DNA of 64,000 nucleotides, from NCBI GenBank assembly GCA_002633005.1, contig NMRA01000693.1, positions 136,473 through 200,472 on the forward strand, read 5' to 3'. The translations under genes were made by a program, and so were the position numbers. This document shows, in pieces, positions 1-13,000 of this stretch. The DNA is from Phoronis australis (Eukaryota; Animalia; Phoronida). The notes under the pieces were generated by a model. It was not told the origin of the DNA. It saw only the letters and a program-made list of their open reading frames with translations, and searched no databases. Numbering within the stretch: the stretch's first letter is position 1; each line of letters begins with the position of its first letter.

Positions 1-168
1 GCTTGTTTATCCATATAACTTGGTGGACACTTGTTCAACTGTACCAAATGCTTCTATTGAGCCAGTGTTTGTTGAAATTACACCAAAGTTAGTCCTTGGA
101 CAAATCAACAATTTGAAAGCTTTACTTTTGGTCATTTGAATTGCTTTCAAAAGGTAAAATACCTTTTT

Positions 169-340
169 CACGCAGTCGCCATTTGAGTAGTGAGCCTCTT
201 CTTAGGTTTAAAAAACAATGCATTTGAGACACGAATATCAGGAGGCATGCGGAAAATTACGCTTTGCGCTGTATTTAAGTGCAAAATGCATTGTTTTTAA
301 AACCTAAGAAGAGTCTCACTACTAAAATGGCGACTACGTG
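169..340. mobile_element. Small foldback/MITE-like palindrome
   Basis: cacgcagtcgccatttgagtagtgagcctcttcttaggtttaaaaaacaatgcattt is mirrored by aaatgcattgtttttaaaacctaagaagagtctcactactaaaatggcgactacgtg. Confidence 0.7.
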
Positions 341-1006
341 TATATGGTGTATTGGGATTGAATTTAAACTGTACGCAAATTTCTTGAACAGATCACTCGT
401 CAAGAATGTTTAAATGGCAGCGTCTTATTGTATGCATGCTGTATTGAAGACAACTTTATAATGTGCTCTTTTCACTTTGCAGAAAAGTCCTTCAATTAAG
501 GATCGTCAATTGCGTCAACATAATGCACCACACAGCAATCAAATTTAGCGATGGCCAAAACCCAACAAACAACCAGCAAGCAGTTACAACATGATAGCAA
601 TTAAACTGTCGACCAGCTGCCTTTTCCAGAAAACAAGTTTCCAAGATAATTACAGAAACTAAGTGAACCTTGAAGTAATAAGCAGCCACTGAGGCTCAAA
701 ACACCAATAGCAGCTAGATACTTCCAGGCAGTAATGGGGAACTGCTGATTAAACATTCAGTTCCAAGTTTTGGTTTTTAGTGAAAGAGGGAATAGCTTTA
801 GACAGAGTTTACATCTCATACTCTCAAAATATGCCCATGGGGCAAATATTTGTCAGCGCTAACACATGGAAATTTCACATACAACTGAGTACACTTAAAA
901 TGGAAATCTAAAGTAAACAAAGACTTCAGATGACCTACTAACACACAAATCCCAATTCACTCAATGCGCCACCTATGGGAGAATCACTTAAGGCTGCAAA
1001 ACCTAC

Positions 1007-1087
1007 CTTCTCCAGTCGTACACACTCCTCTTCCAGGTGTGAGATTGTGTTCTCATGGCTTCTCACCATGCCTTCCAGGTACTTCAC
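1007..1087 (-). CDS. CEP290: CEP290 coding exon 31 (last exon in window)
   Basis: VKYLEGMVRSHENTISHLEEECVRLEK, 81 nt, cag|..|gtaggt. Confidence 0.9.
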
Positions 1088-4000
1088 CTGCAACAGACAG
1101 CAACAGCTGCTGCAACAGATAGTTTATGCACAATTCCAAACGATACACCAAAACGACGAACAAGAGCAACGTGGAGCGTTGAAATGCACCCACAAATGCA
1201 TTGCAAATGGTGTGCTTTTAAGGTTATTTCTTTGTATCATAAAAATGGCCACTAGATGGCACAAAAACATACAATCCATCCAAAAACAGGAACATGCCAT
1301 ATTTCATAAAAATCTGTCAAGGAACTTCAGAGAAACAAAGGAAAACAGAATAAAATGAAATTGCCACTAGTGGGCACAGTGTCCGTTGGATCCGCCTGAA
1401 AGTCGTCATCATCTGTTGTTATCTTCATATAAATACACTAATTACTAAATTTAGTAAAGATCCTGCAGTGGGTTTAGGACATACAACTATGGGCGTAAAA
1501 CAAACCTACCACTAGGAGGCACCACAGTAGTCAGTCACCATCATCAAAGGTCGTCTTCACACTGAGAACATATATGCCAATTTTCAAATGATTTGATTGA
1601 TACAGGGGTGGACGCCAAAAACAAGATTTGAAACCAGCGAAAATGGCCACTAGGTGGTGCAAAATACCTCGATTCCATCCAAAGACATGAATACAGCGTC
1701 GTCACACCAATAAATGCCTATATTTAAAATTTTATGAAAATCTATTGAGGACATTTGAGGATACCGAGTTAAACGTAAAAAACTAAAATTGCCACCAGGG
1801 GGCTCATCAGAAGTCAGATCTGTCCGAAAGTCGTCGTAATCCGTAGTTAACATCAAATAAATACATCTGCTAAATTAAGTAAATATCCTGCGAACGGTTT
1901 AGGAGATACAGCCATAGGCACAACAAAAACACAACTGCCACTAGGAGGTGCCACAGTAGTCGAAATCGTTGGAAAATCATCGTAAACCGTCCTCTTTAGA
2001 GTAAGCACATACATGCCAATTTTCACAATCATCCTTTGAGCAGTTTGGTTGATAGAGGGGTGGACGCAAAAATACAGACACGAAAACAGTAAAAATGGCC
2101 ACAAGGTGGCGCAAACTACGTCGAATCCATCCGAAAACGGGAGGATAGCGACATCTCACTAATAGGTGCCTACACATTAAATTTCATGAAAATCCGTTAA
2201 GGACTTTTGAAGATACAGAGGTAAACGTAAAAAAAAAATTGCCACTAGGGCGCACACCGGTAGTCGGATTTGTCCAAAAGTCGTCGTCGTTCGTTGCTAA
2301 CATCATATAAAAATACTTACTGAATTTCGTAAATATCCTACGAACGGTATAGGAGATACACCATAGGTGCAAAAACACAAAACTGCCATTAGGAGGCGCC
2401 ACAGTAGTCGAAATCGTTGGAAAATCATCGTCAACCGTCCTCTTTAGAGTAAGCACATATTACATGCCAATTTTCACAATCATCCTTTGAGCAGTTTGGT
2501 TGATAGAGGGGTGGACGCAAAAATACAGACACAAAAACAGTAAAAATGACCACTAGGTGGCGCAAACTACGTCGAATCCATCCGAAAACGGGAAGATAGC
2601 GACATCTCACTAATAGGTGCCTACACATTAAATTTCATGAAAATCCGTTAAGGACTTTTGAAGATACAGAGGTAAACGTAAAAAAAAAATTGCCACTAGG
2701 GCGCACACCGGTAGTCGGATTTGTCCAAAAGTCGTCGTCGTTCGTTGCTAACATCATATAAAAATACTTACTGAATTTCATAAATATTCTACGAACGGTT
2801 TAGGAGATACACCATAGGTGCAAAAACACAAAACAGCCACTAGGAGGCGCCACAGTAGTCAAAATCATCAGAAAATCATCGTCAACCGTCCTCTTAATAG
2901 TGAGCACATACATGCCAATTTTCCCAATCATCCTTTGAGCGGTTTGGTTGATAGAGGGGTGGACGCAAAAAACAGACTCAAAAACAGTAAAAATGGCCAC
3001 TAGGTGGTGCAAACTACGTCAAACCCATCCGAAAACAGGGGGAAAGCGTCATCTCACTAATAAGTGCCTACATACCAAATTTCATGAAAATCCGTTCAGG
3101 ACTTTTGAAGATACAAAGGTAAGCACAAAAAATTAAAATTGCCACTAGGGGGCACACCGGTAGTCGGATCCTTCCGAAAGTTCGCTCATGCTGTCCCATT
3201 CATGAATGGAACAAATGTGCCCAATTTCATGAGAGTATGTCAATGGGTTTTGGAAATAGAGCAGCGGACGCCGGACGCCGCCCGGACGGACAGAGATGAC
3301 GGCATAATGCGTCCACATATTAATATGTGGGCGCATAAAAACGGGTGACGATGCGATCCAATACACAGCGGCATAGTTCATAACGGGCACTCGATTTTAT
3401 CACTAAAAGTGCATTCTAAAATAGTTCATAGAAGTGCTATGATTAAACATGACTGTAATTGATTAAAAACACTCAATTCCTCAATGAACTTTTCAAAGGT
3501 ACAAATCTACGCATTAGTTAATGCATTCAGCAGCTCTCAAGTGGCCATGAGTGCAGGAAGTGAAGTACTTTACATTCAGGTGTTAGTGCCCTGATGTAAT
3601 AATAAACACTAGTGTTGGCTTACACAGTAAATTACAACAGATTAGTTAGTATACAAATGTTTTAACCCAATGACATAAGCTGTATCCCATCAAAAACGTT
3701 ACAACTGGAGAATTTTTCCAATGATACCGTAGTCACAAATGTTTGGTACCAACTGCCATAAAATAGTTTAACCAACAGTTTACAACTTAGATCATCAAAC
3801 GAAAGTTAAAAACAGACGTAGTCAATTAGTACCAAAATGCATCCTACTTGTGTTATCTGTTACTTGTGTTTCAACTCATCCAACCTCATTCTCCATACAT
3901 TACCGCACCACTTCACCCCTACTTCTAACTACAAATTACAATCCTAACCCTTATATACACACTGCACTACCTGGATCTCCAGTCATGTGATCTGTCACTT

Positions 4001-7000
4001 GTGTTTCAACTCATCCAACCACATTCTCTACATCTCACTGCACCAACCTCACCCTTACTTCAAACCACAACACTTCCCCTTCTATGCACAGCCTACTACC
4101 TGCTCTTGCAGCCGTGTGATCTGCCGCTTGTGTTTCAACTCATCCAGTCTCAATCCCTCCATCTTGCTGTGCCACTCCACTACTTTCTGAGCCCCCTTGC
4201 CGTCCTTCAGTGTGACCATCAGGTCCTGGAGGCTGGCATGTTGTAGTTCCAGTTGAGCCAAACGGTCCTCAACTTCCTGTCGTTCCACACTGACCTGTAC
4301 AAGGATACACAGCACAACACAGTGTACAGTGAGGACCTTTTCGATTACACACAAGGTGGATTTTATCGCTCTTCCAATGATGACATGGTGTTATCCTGTC
4401 ATTGTCCAGATGAAACATGTATATTGTAAGACCTTAGTCTCGTTTCCAAGTGCAAGGCTATACAGCCATAGAAGAGGTAATGCAACGAGATGGGGGGCAT
4501 TGTCCCAATTTCCCTGCTCAGTTGGAAACTTGTAAGTTGGATAGTGAGAGACCAAATAATATTTTCTTCTTGTAAAAGAATAACAAAACAAACGCAAGAG
4601 CAACACAAGGTGTTGAAATGGGCCCATAAACAGTGTGTTTGGTAACGCATAACTTGGCCATGGATATTAAGTCAGAAGTCGGATGATGCTAGCACATCCA
4701 AGCATACACCTATGCTGTAAATTATCAAAACATTTGTAAACTCCATTAGACAATAATGAATGGACACCAATACCTTCTCAAAGACTTATAATGGCCAATA
4801 CAAGGTGCTATGGCAATCCAATCTGCCAGTGCATATCAGCCTTAACCACCTTCTTGTCAAGTTTCATCAAACTCGTGTGTAAAAGTAATTTTGACATAGG
4901 ATTGTGTGACCACAATTTTTTGTAGTCAGTGCATAGAAGTTTAAAAGAGAACCATTTAGTGAAACTTGCAAACTAAACCAAACCACATGTATTTTCCTTT
5001 TCTCAAGACATACAAATTGTATTCTTAAATGACTTTTAGTTCAGGAAAATTTCATGCAAACAGTGTTTTTACAATTTACTTCAGGATCACCAAAGCGGCT
5101 ACATGACGAAAAACACCTTGTCTCTAGATAACGATAAGGAGTTGGTGGACAGTGTTCACAAATTTTTTCTTATTTAATGCAGTGGGATATGACCCAGAAT
5201 CTTTTAATAAATTCTTAGTCATCATTGTGTCAAGGAAATGATACAGTTAAGCAATGAGAAATTCTATTAATTAAAAGAAAAATGTCCAAATATCTAGAAA
5301 TATGCATGAAAAAAAAAAAATTGTGTTTTGTTTATGGCAACTCCAAAATTAGAAATTAGGTCACGTGAAAGACATTGCTCAATGCTTAAGAGTATTATAT
5401 AGAATGTGTCCTAATTTGGGGTACCACCAATCTCCCACTACACTTCCTCACCTACTTCTACTTCACCTCATTCACTTCCCACTATAATTGCGACCTACTT
5501 CCAATAACCTTATTCACCTAACACTACACCCCCACCAAATTCTACTCCACCTCATTCCCTTCCCACTACACTCCACCTTCTACCATTTGACCCCACTCAA
5601 GTCCCACTACAACCTACCTCCCCCACCTATTTCTATTTCACATCATTCACCTCCTACTACACCCCCACCTATTTCTACTTCATTCCGTTACCACTAAACT
5701 CCCTTACCTGCTTCAGATCCCTCTCGATCGTCTGCTTGTCTTCCTGTAGCTGCATCATGGCCCGTGCAAACTTCTCCTGCTTCGACAGTGGTATGGCACC
5801 ACTGTACTGCCGCCTCAACTCTTGAATAGTCCGCTTCAGTTGTTTTGCCTTGCTGTTAGCCTCGTTGCGGTTGTGAAACAGAGATTGGTCTTTCTCATCC
5901 AGACGCTGCTGCAGACGCAACGTCTGCGCATTCAACTTGGTGATCTTCTTGTTGGCCTCTTCCAGTCGACGAACTGCTGTACCCTCGCTGACTTGGAGCT
6001 GCACAATGTGTCGGTGCAGCTTACCTTTTGACAAGTGTAACACTTTGAAAAGGGAGTAATATACCAACACAGCTCAACAGAGTCTCCTGTGAGAGCTAAA
6101 TGACTGAATATAAGCCTTTTTGGTTTTGAATTAGTTAAACGTTCCTAGTCATTCAGTTAATGTGAAGTTTTACACACATTAAATTACATAGGTTCGTTTT
6201 TTTAGCTTTTGCTTTGTTACTATTTTTAGACCAGAATTACAGCTCCTACAGCACAATGAACACACACCTATGATCTTCTTCTCATCACTTTGCGCCTGAA
6301 AGTCTACCAACTGTTGCCGCAGTGATGCCAACTCTTTCTCCCTTGACACCTGCTGAGCTTCCAGGGACTGGGCCTGCATCGTGCCCACCTCAGCAATTTC
6401 CTGTGAAAAACAAGAGACACGTGAACAAGATAAAATTTCTTGCACACATTTTTGGAAATGTATTAAGCCGCTATTGTCAATTTTTTGGCTTGTCTATACC
6501 AGCCCAAGACATAGCCAAGGCAAAAAGACAGGGGTTAGCTAAACAATTTTGACAAGCATACACCTCTCGTGTATGCATCGACCTCTTGGTTAAATGACTA
6601 AGTGTACTTTCCGATCACATAAGCCCACCAGTACACCATTTAGTAAAATAATAAGATCATAACTTATGTACCATAAATACTAAACTACTACTGGAATGCT
6701 CATCAATGTCAATTTTGATAACACAAACATTGAAGCTTTGTTTTATTCAATAAATTTCGGATTACATGTCAGTCATTAATTATACTACTCCAATCAAGAT
6801 AAAATCGTGAAAATCTAAAATACTCAGGTAAATGCCATGTGATCTTCATCATTGTACTGGTTGTCGTCATCCTCCAGTCATGGGACCAGTGTAAGCCTCA
6901 TATTGCACATACTCATCCGGGGTTCTCATTCACACTGTCTGATTCGTGTTAACCAGTGACACACAATTTGGTTGTATTTATTTTTACGGAGTTGGTATTG

Positions 7001-10000
7001 TAAGAAGTGTCATGTTTAAAGATGTATACAATTGTTTAAAGAAACTGAAGAGTATAATTTTAGGGAATTTATAGTTTTGTACATTAGCATCGTCTGAATA
7101 GATTACATTCACAGGACTAGCAAACAGTGAATAATTTGCAAGTACTAGCCTACTTAAAGCATTCGACACAAATGGTGACACACTCTACAAATTTTTGATG
7201 ATTCCCTGGATTTTCTAAAACAACCCTTAGCACCCCAACAAAACTTCTTCCACACACAGAAAGAATTCTTACAGCACACAGAACTCTTGGGTAAATTGCA
7301 GGTCGAATTTTCAAATTCAAATCATTTAAAAAAATTGTCCAGTTTAAACTGGAAGTTGGCCTCATTTGAAGTGTTCTGAATGTAAGGTCACATAACATTT
7401 TGCCTCTGTTGAGTGAGTAAATTTCGTCAATTTGAAAGTGGGTAGAAATGAGGTCAAATCAGTTTGATCCCTGTCGAGCTAGGATTTGCCAGGTAGAAAA
7501 TCTAACTTCCAGGTCAAAATCCTCAATTAACAGGATGTTATTTAGCGCACTATGTGGTGTTTTTTGGAGAGTTGTAACTAAAGGTTTCAGCTCCTGGAGA
7601 GGGCTCCCTTACCACATCCACTCAATCAACACTAGTAACTGTACTGCTCCTCTCATGTTTTACAACTATGAGGTTGTGAATGACAGTCTCTCACCTTTAG
7701 CCGGGAGTTTTCAAGTCTCAACTGGGCTTCTGTAGACTCCAGTTCAGTCAAACGCTTCCTGTCAGCCTCACTCACCGCACGAGTGACACAGTCTGAAACA
7801 AGTTCTCAACGTGTTCACTGGTACTTTTGTCAGAGCTTCATGGTTCAGACAATTATCATGTTGGTATCGATGGTAATAAAGCTGCCAATTACTTTACAAG
7901 GCAATGGACAAGAGCACCTTGCAGTGTACCAGGACCTGTATAGAACTCTTCTACAGCTGCTACAAGGCAAAAGTGAAACAATGGATGTTCAAATAGCTGA
8001 CTTTCAAAATAGCCATGAAATTCACTCTCTTGCCAGATGGTGATCACGTCTTACGTGAACAGCATTCAGTGTCACCTACATATCCCATGTAATGCAGACG
8101 GGAGGTTTCAACCTAGTGATATGAACAGCATTTCAACACTGTTCCTGCAACCATACTGCCGGCAAATTTTCACAGATGTGTGGTGGCAATCCTCTTGAAA
8201 CATCGGATCCATAGATGAAGGACATTATGAATCACGCATTTTCCATTCCAAGAACAATAAGCGGCTGCATAATTGCTGGCTGCGACTGATAAAGCGGGAG
8301 AATTTTGATCCTAGCCGATGTCAAAAGGCTAAAATAAATTAGTGAGCTTAATCTAATCAAACAATGGAAATGTTGATGTTTATTCCCTTTAATTAAATTA
8401 ATGAACTACTACATAGCACTGAATTTCTGTCCACCAAATCTAAGTCGTAACTGAGCAGAAGTTGCTTTCTTGCTCTCACTACTCTAGAGTACACCAATTG
8501 TCTGCAAACACATGAAGGAAGAGGCCCACCTGAAGACAAACAAAGCAGCGCCGCATGGAGCCACAGGGTTCAAAGGAACTCTCATGGCAAGCTAAGTTTG
8601 CCATACAACATGTGATCCACTGGGCAGTGCCACGCAGCTCATCATCATAACATCATAGGTAGCATGACAAGCTCTAACTGGCCTAAGTGTGGCATGAAAG
8701 ACAAGACTCTTACACATTTAGTAGAAATTTGTCCCACCTATCAGAGGCTTCGCTGCCTTTTACTCAATGGACCGAACTGGAGCAAAATCATCAGATCATG
8801 TAGTCAGACTTTATAATCAATTTCCTTGTACAGGCAGACTGGAGGACTTCACCCTTGAGGAGCCCCACGGTAAAGGGTCCCTATGAGTCATGATCAGGTG
8901 ATTAGTGCAGAAGGCTCAGTGTAGCCTTAGCATACCTGGGGCACTGCAAAAAGCATCTGGCCACCTGAATATTTTCCACAAACTTCCCAAAATATCACTT
9001 TTTGTTTTCCACAAACAAACAGTATACATAAAAGAGGCAGCCAGCATGGGCATCACAAAAGAGTTCTGGTGCAAGCGAAATGTAAAGAATCCCACTCCAT
9101 GAGAAAACCATTGAGTATATAATTGAGAAGCAACAAAGCGTACAGTTCGCGAGGCAGGAACAATGACAACCCTGACCAACACAGCACCATAACCACGTCA
9201 AACATAAACACTTACTTGACAACTCATCACGTAGATCTCTCTCGGTCTTTTGAGCATCTAGATTCATTTTGGTCACCTGTGTGAAACACATGAGAACGTT
9301 TTAGTCACAAAACACGCCACGTGGAGTCAATTTGTCAACTTCAAAATCCAACACTACCCTCAGGCAAGTAAAACTATACGAATAATTATGATTCACTGTT
9401 CTTCCCAATTTTAAGAATCCATTGGGCATTGTTGTTGTCTGCAAGCCAATGACCAATAGGAACCGATAAGCCTACTCTTCGAATAAGCAATGATTGCACT
9501 TACGTTGTAGCCACTAAACAAGACACTTTCATCTTACCATACAACAACTACTAGTTTGTAAATGACAAAACTTAATTATCCACACAATGTCATAAAGAAT
9601 ACATATTGGCTATGGCAAGAGATTTTCATCTATCTCGTTCTAACAATTCCAATGAAAAAGTACTTGTAGCACAGTCAGGCACCAGAGATACTTAATACTA
9701 ATCTGGAGTTACAACCATATCACGCTCCAATACTCCAAACATCTAATAAGCCATTTCTTAAGCTAGCATCAATTGATACATTCTCAACAATTAATCATAC
9801 TGTCCCTCATCAAGACCCTACTCCTTTAAGTTCNTTTGAGCATCTAGATTCATTTTGGTCACCTGTGTGAAACACATGAGAACGTTTTAGTCACAAAACA
9901 CGCCACGTGGAGTCAATTTGTCAACTTCAAAAACCAACACTACCCTCAGGCAAGTAAAACTATATGTTATGATTCACTGTTCTTCCCAGTTTTAAGAATC

Positions 10001-13000
10001 CATTGGGCATTGGTGTTGTCTGCAAGCCAATGGCCAATAGGAAACCAATAAGCCTAGTCTTTGAATAAGCAATGATTGCACTTACGTTGTAGCCACTAAA
10101 CAAGACACTTTCATCTTACCATACAACAACTACTAGTTTGTAAATGACAAAACTTAATTATCCACACAATGTCATAAAGAATACATATTGGCTATGGCAA
10201 GAGATTTTCATCTATCTCGTTCTAACAATTCCAATGAAAAAGTACTTGTAGCACAGTCAGGCACCAGAGATACTTAATACTAATCTGGAGTTACAACCAT
10301 ATCACGCTCCAATACTCCAAACATCTAATAAGCCATTTCTTAAGCTAGCATCAATTGATACATTCTCAACAATTAATCATACTGTCCCTCATCAAGACCC
10401 TACTCCTTTAAGTTCTTCTACTTCGGCTCTCACTGACCAATCAACACTTAATATCACAAACATGAACTTCTCACAACACCAGTCAACCCACAAATATATA
10501 ACACACCTTACGCCCTAGTTTCTCTCCTACAAAAAAATCGGACTGTTGGGAAGAAAATTCAACTCCACACCTACACCTCCTTTGAACTATCATTCATTTA
10601 ATTCTGCCAACAAACTTCTGAACTAGCGTCCAGATTCTTTTCCCAAGATTCAAAATTCCTGGTGACAGAACTTTCTCCACCCTCCCCCCCACAAATGAGC
10701 AGTAATCTGTTATCTCAAGAAACTTCAGCTCAAGATAAATGTACTTCTACCCCTCCCAAAGTTTTTTTTTGCTACCAAATCAAACTGGTAGAGGAAGAAG
10801 ATTGCAGCATTGACCAATCACATCTCAACTAATTTCAGACCAGTTCTAAATCAATCGATCAAGACTCAGCATGATTCAACTCTGCCCCATCCATCTCCCT
10901 GTCAACCAATCACACACTACCTCCACAAACTTTTGCTCCAGTTCCAGATTCCTTTCCTCCAGCTCTCTCATTGTCTGCTTTTGTTGGCTGTAGAGACGTG
11001 TGGCATGCTCTGCCCTCTGTCGCTCATTTATCTCCTTCATCTCAAGTGAGGTGATCTTCTTTGATGTGGCAATCACATCATTGTCTGACATATATTGGCC
11101 CACTCTTGGAACTCCTAAAAACCCAAGAGTAGTTTGAATTTCAATCATTCAATCAAATCTTGCATTGTCAAACAAAAAGCTAGACGATCCACCAAAAATC
11201 ACACATCCATAAAACAACATTTAAGAGCATGACAAGTGCTGATTCTAAGCTCTGTACAATGATTAGAAAATGTTAAAAGTTTGCAGTCTAAGCTCTTCCA
11301 CTATTTTTCAATTACTGAATAATTTTTGTATTGATTTTGATCAAAGAAGATCAATTATTAATAAACAATATGAATTTCTCACACGTCAAACTTTATCATA
11401 CTGTTAATAGTGCTGTTGTCATGGTTATTTACCTTGTTTACCCAGGTTCTCCATTGCGACTTCGTAGGTATGGACTTTTTCCTTCTCCAGGGCCAAGTTT
11501 TTCTTCAAATCTTCATTGTTGGCTTTGACAGCCTTCAACTCAATCTAGAGACAATGCAACAGATTAGTCATCATGTCATATTACAGATTTGAGCGTTTTG
11601 TTCAAATAAGCAGCAGAACATAGCAGAAAATGACGAGACTCCAAATGACACACCATGTCAGTATCTGCTTTAAAAGACACAGTAGCACACGTGTTCAGAA
11701 CAATTCTATTGTATCTACAGTAACTGCATGAAACAATGATAATTTACTAGAGCAATAACTAAACTGCATCAAAAACTTAGCCCATTTATCACAGATAACC
11801 AAACCTTATCTAAACCCTTCCCTAAGACAACTGCACAAAAAACAGTGGCCAGGTCAATAACAAACTAACCTCAAGGCCGACATTAAACTCTGTCTGGGCC
11901 ACAACAGTATTACTCTTCTCCAGAATGTCTCTGTATTTCTCGGTCAGTGTGTTGAACTGCTTGTTAGCCGCCTCCAGCTCTGATGCTGGAACACAGTTAT
12001 CCAAAGCCTTCTGAAGGGAGGCGATTTTGTACGAGGCCATGTCCTTTAAAATATCAAGACAAAAGTGTATTAACTTGCCAGTAAAAGTCTGAATGAGTGG
12101 ATTGAACTCATACTTCGCCTTTCCTGAAACACTCTTTCAAAATAACATTACAACTTCACAGCCAGTCCCTACGAGTTTCCTTCATACAATATTTTATAGT
12201 TGTTTGCTTTGTATTATGTATTATTTATTGTAAGGATATGTAGCGGGGTCTACCGAGCCCCAGCCATGTCCACGAAAATGATTTTTGGATAAATAAAATT
12301 AATTTACTCATAAAGACAGAACCATTACCACAGGTTGCAAACTGTGGTTTTAGCTTGAGTAATAAGCAATTTGAAAACTGACATTCGCTAAACTCATTAT
12401 CACAGAACATTCTCTTGAAGCACTTAATGTAGTGACATCCTGGGAAGGGAAGTACATGTTGAAACCTAAAGAAAAATATCTAAAACTGCGAAACTCAATA
12501 TTGAAAACACTTATGCATGGAATACCTTGAAGCGTTGTAGATACCCCAGTCTCTCAGCCACTGCAGTCTCCATGGCAATGTTCTCGTTTTTCAACTTATT
12601 ATTTTCCTGTAAAATTAAGATATTTTGTGATATTTTATAATTCCCTGTAATTGATTCGAAAAGACATTTATTTAATAAAATCTATTTAGAAAATGCAACA
12701 ATGAAAGCATAATGTTACAATAGTATTTAAACAATTAAATATCAATATCAACAACAGAACATGCAACAACAGACCAAATTGGGGTGCAACTTGTCCAATT
12801 CCAAGAATGAAATTAACAGAAAGTTTTAGATGATAGCCATTAATTCCTTCTTTTCAGAAAATCTGACCCAATACACACGAGTCTTACTATTTGTGAGGTG
12901 TTCTGCCATAGACGATGTAAATGTTTGTCCCCTTAAAGATGTGAAAGGGTAGGGACAGAGTTCTCAACCAGGTTGCTACATCTCTGGGTGAAGTGGACAA

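Noticed and set aside
1650-3390. Repeated short ORFs (e.g. MCRHLLVRCRY..., MLTLKRTVDDDF...) suggesting a tandem gene family
   Set aside because: By-products of the non-coding tandem array; frames are broken by indels between units.
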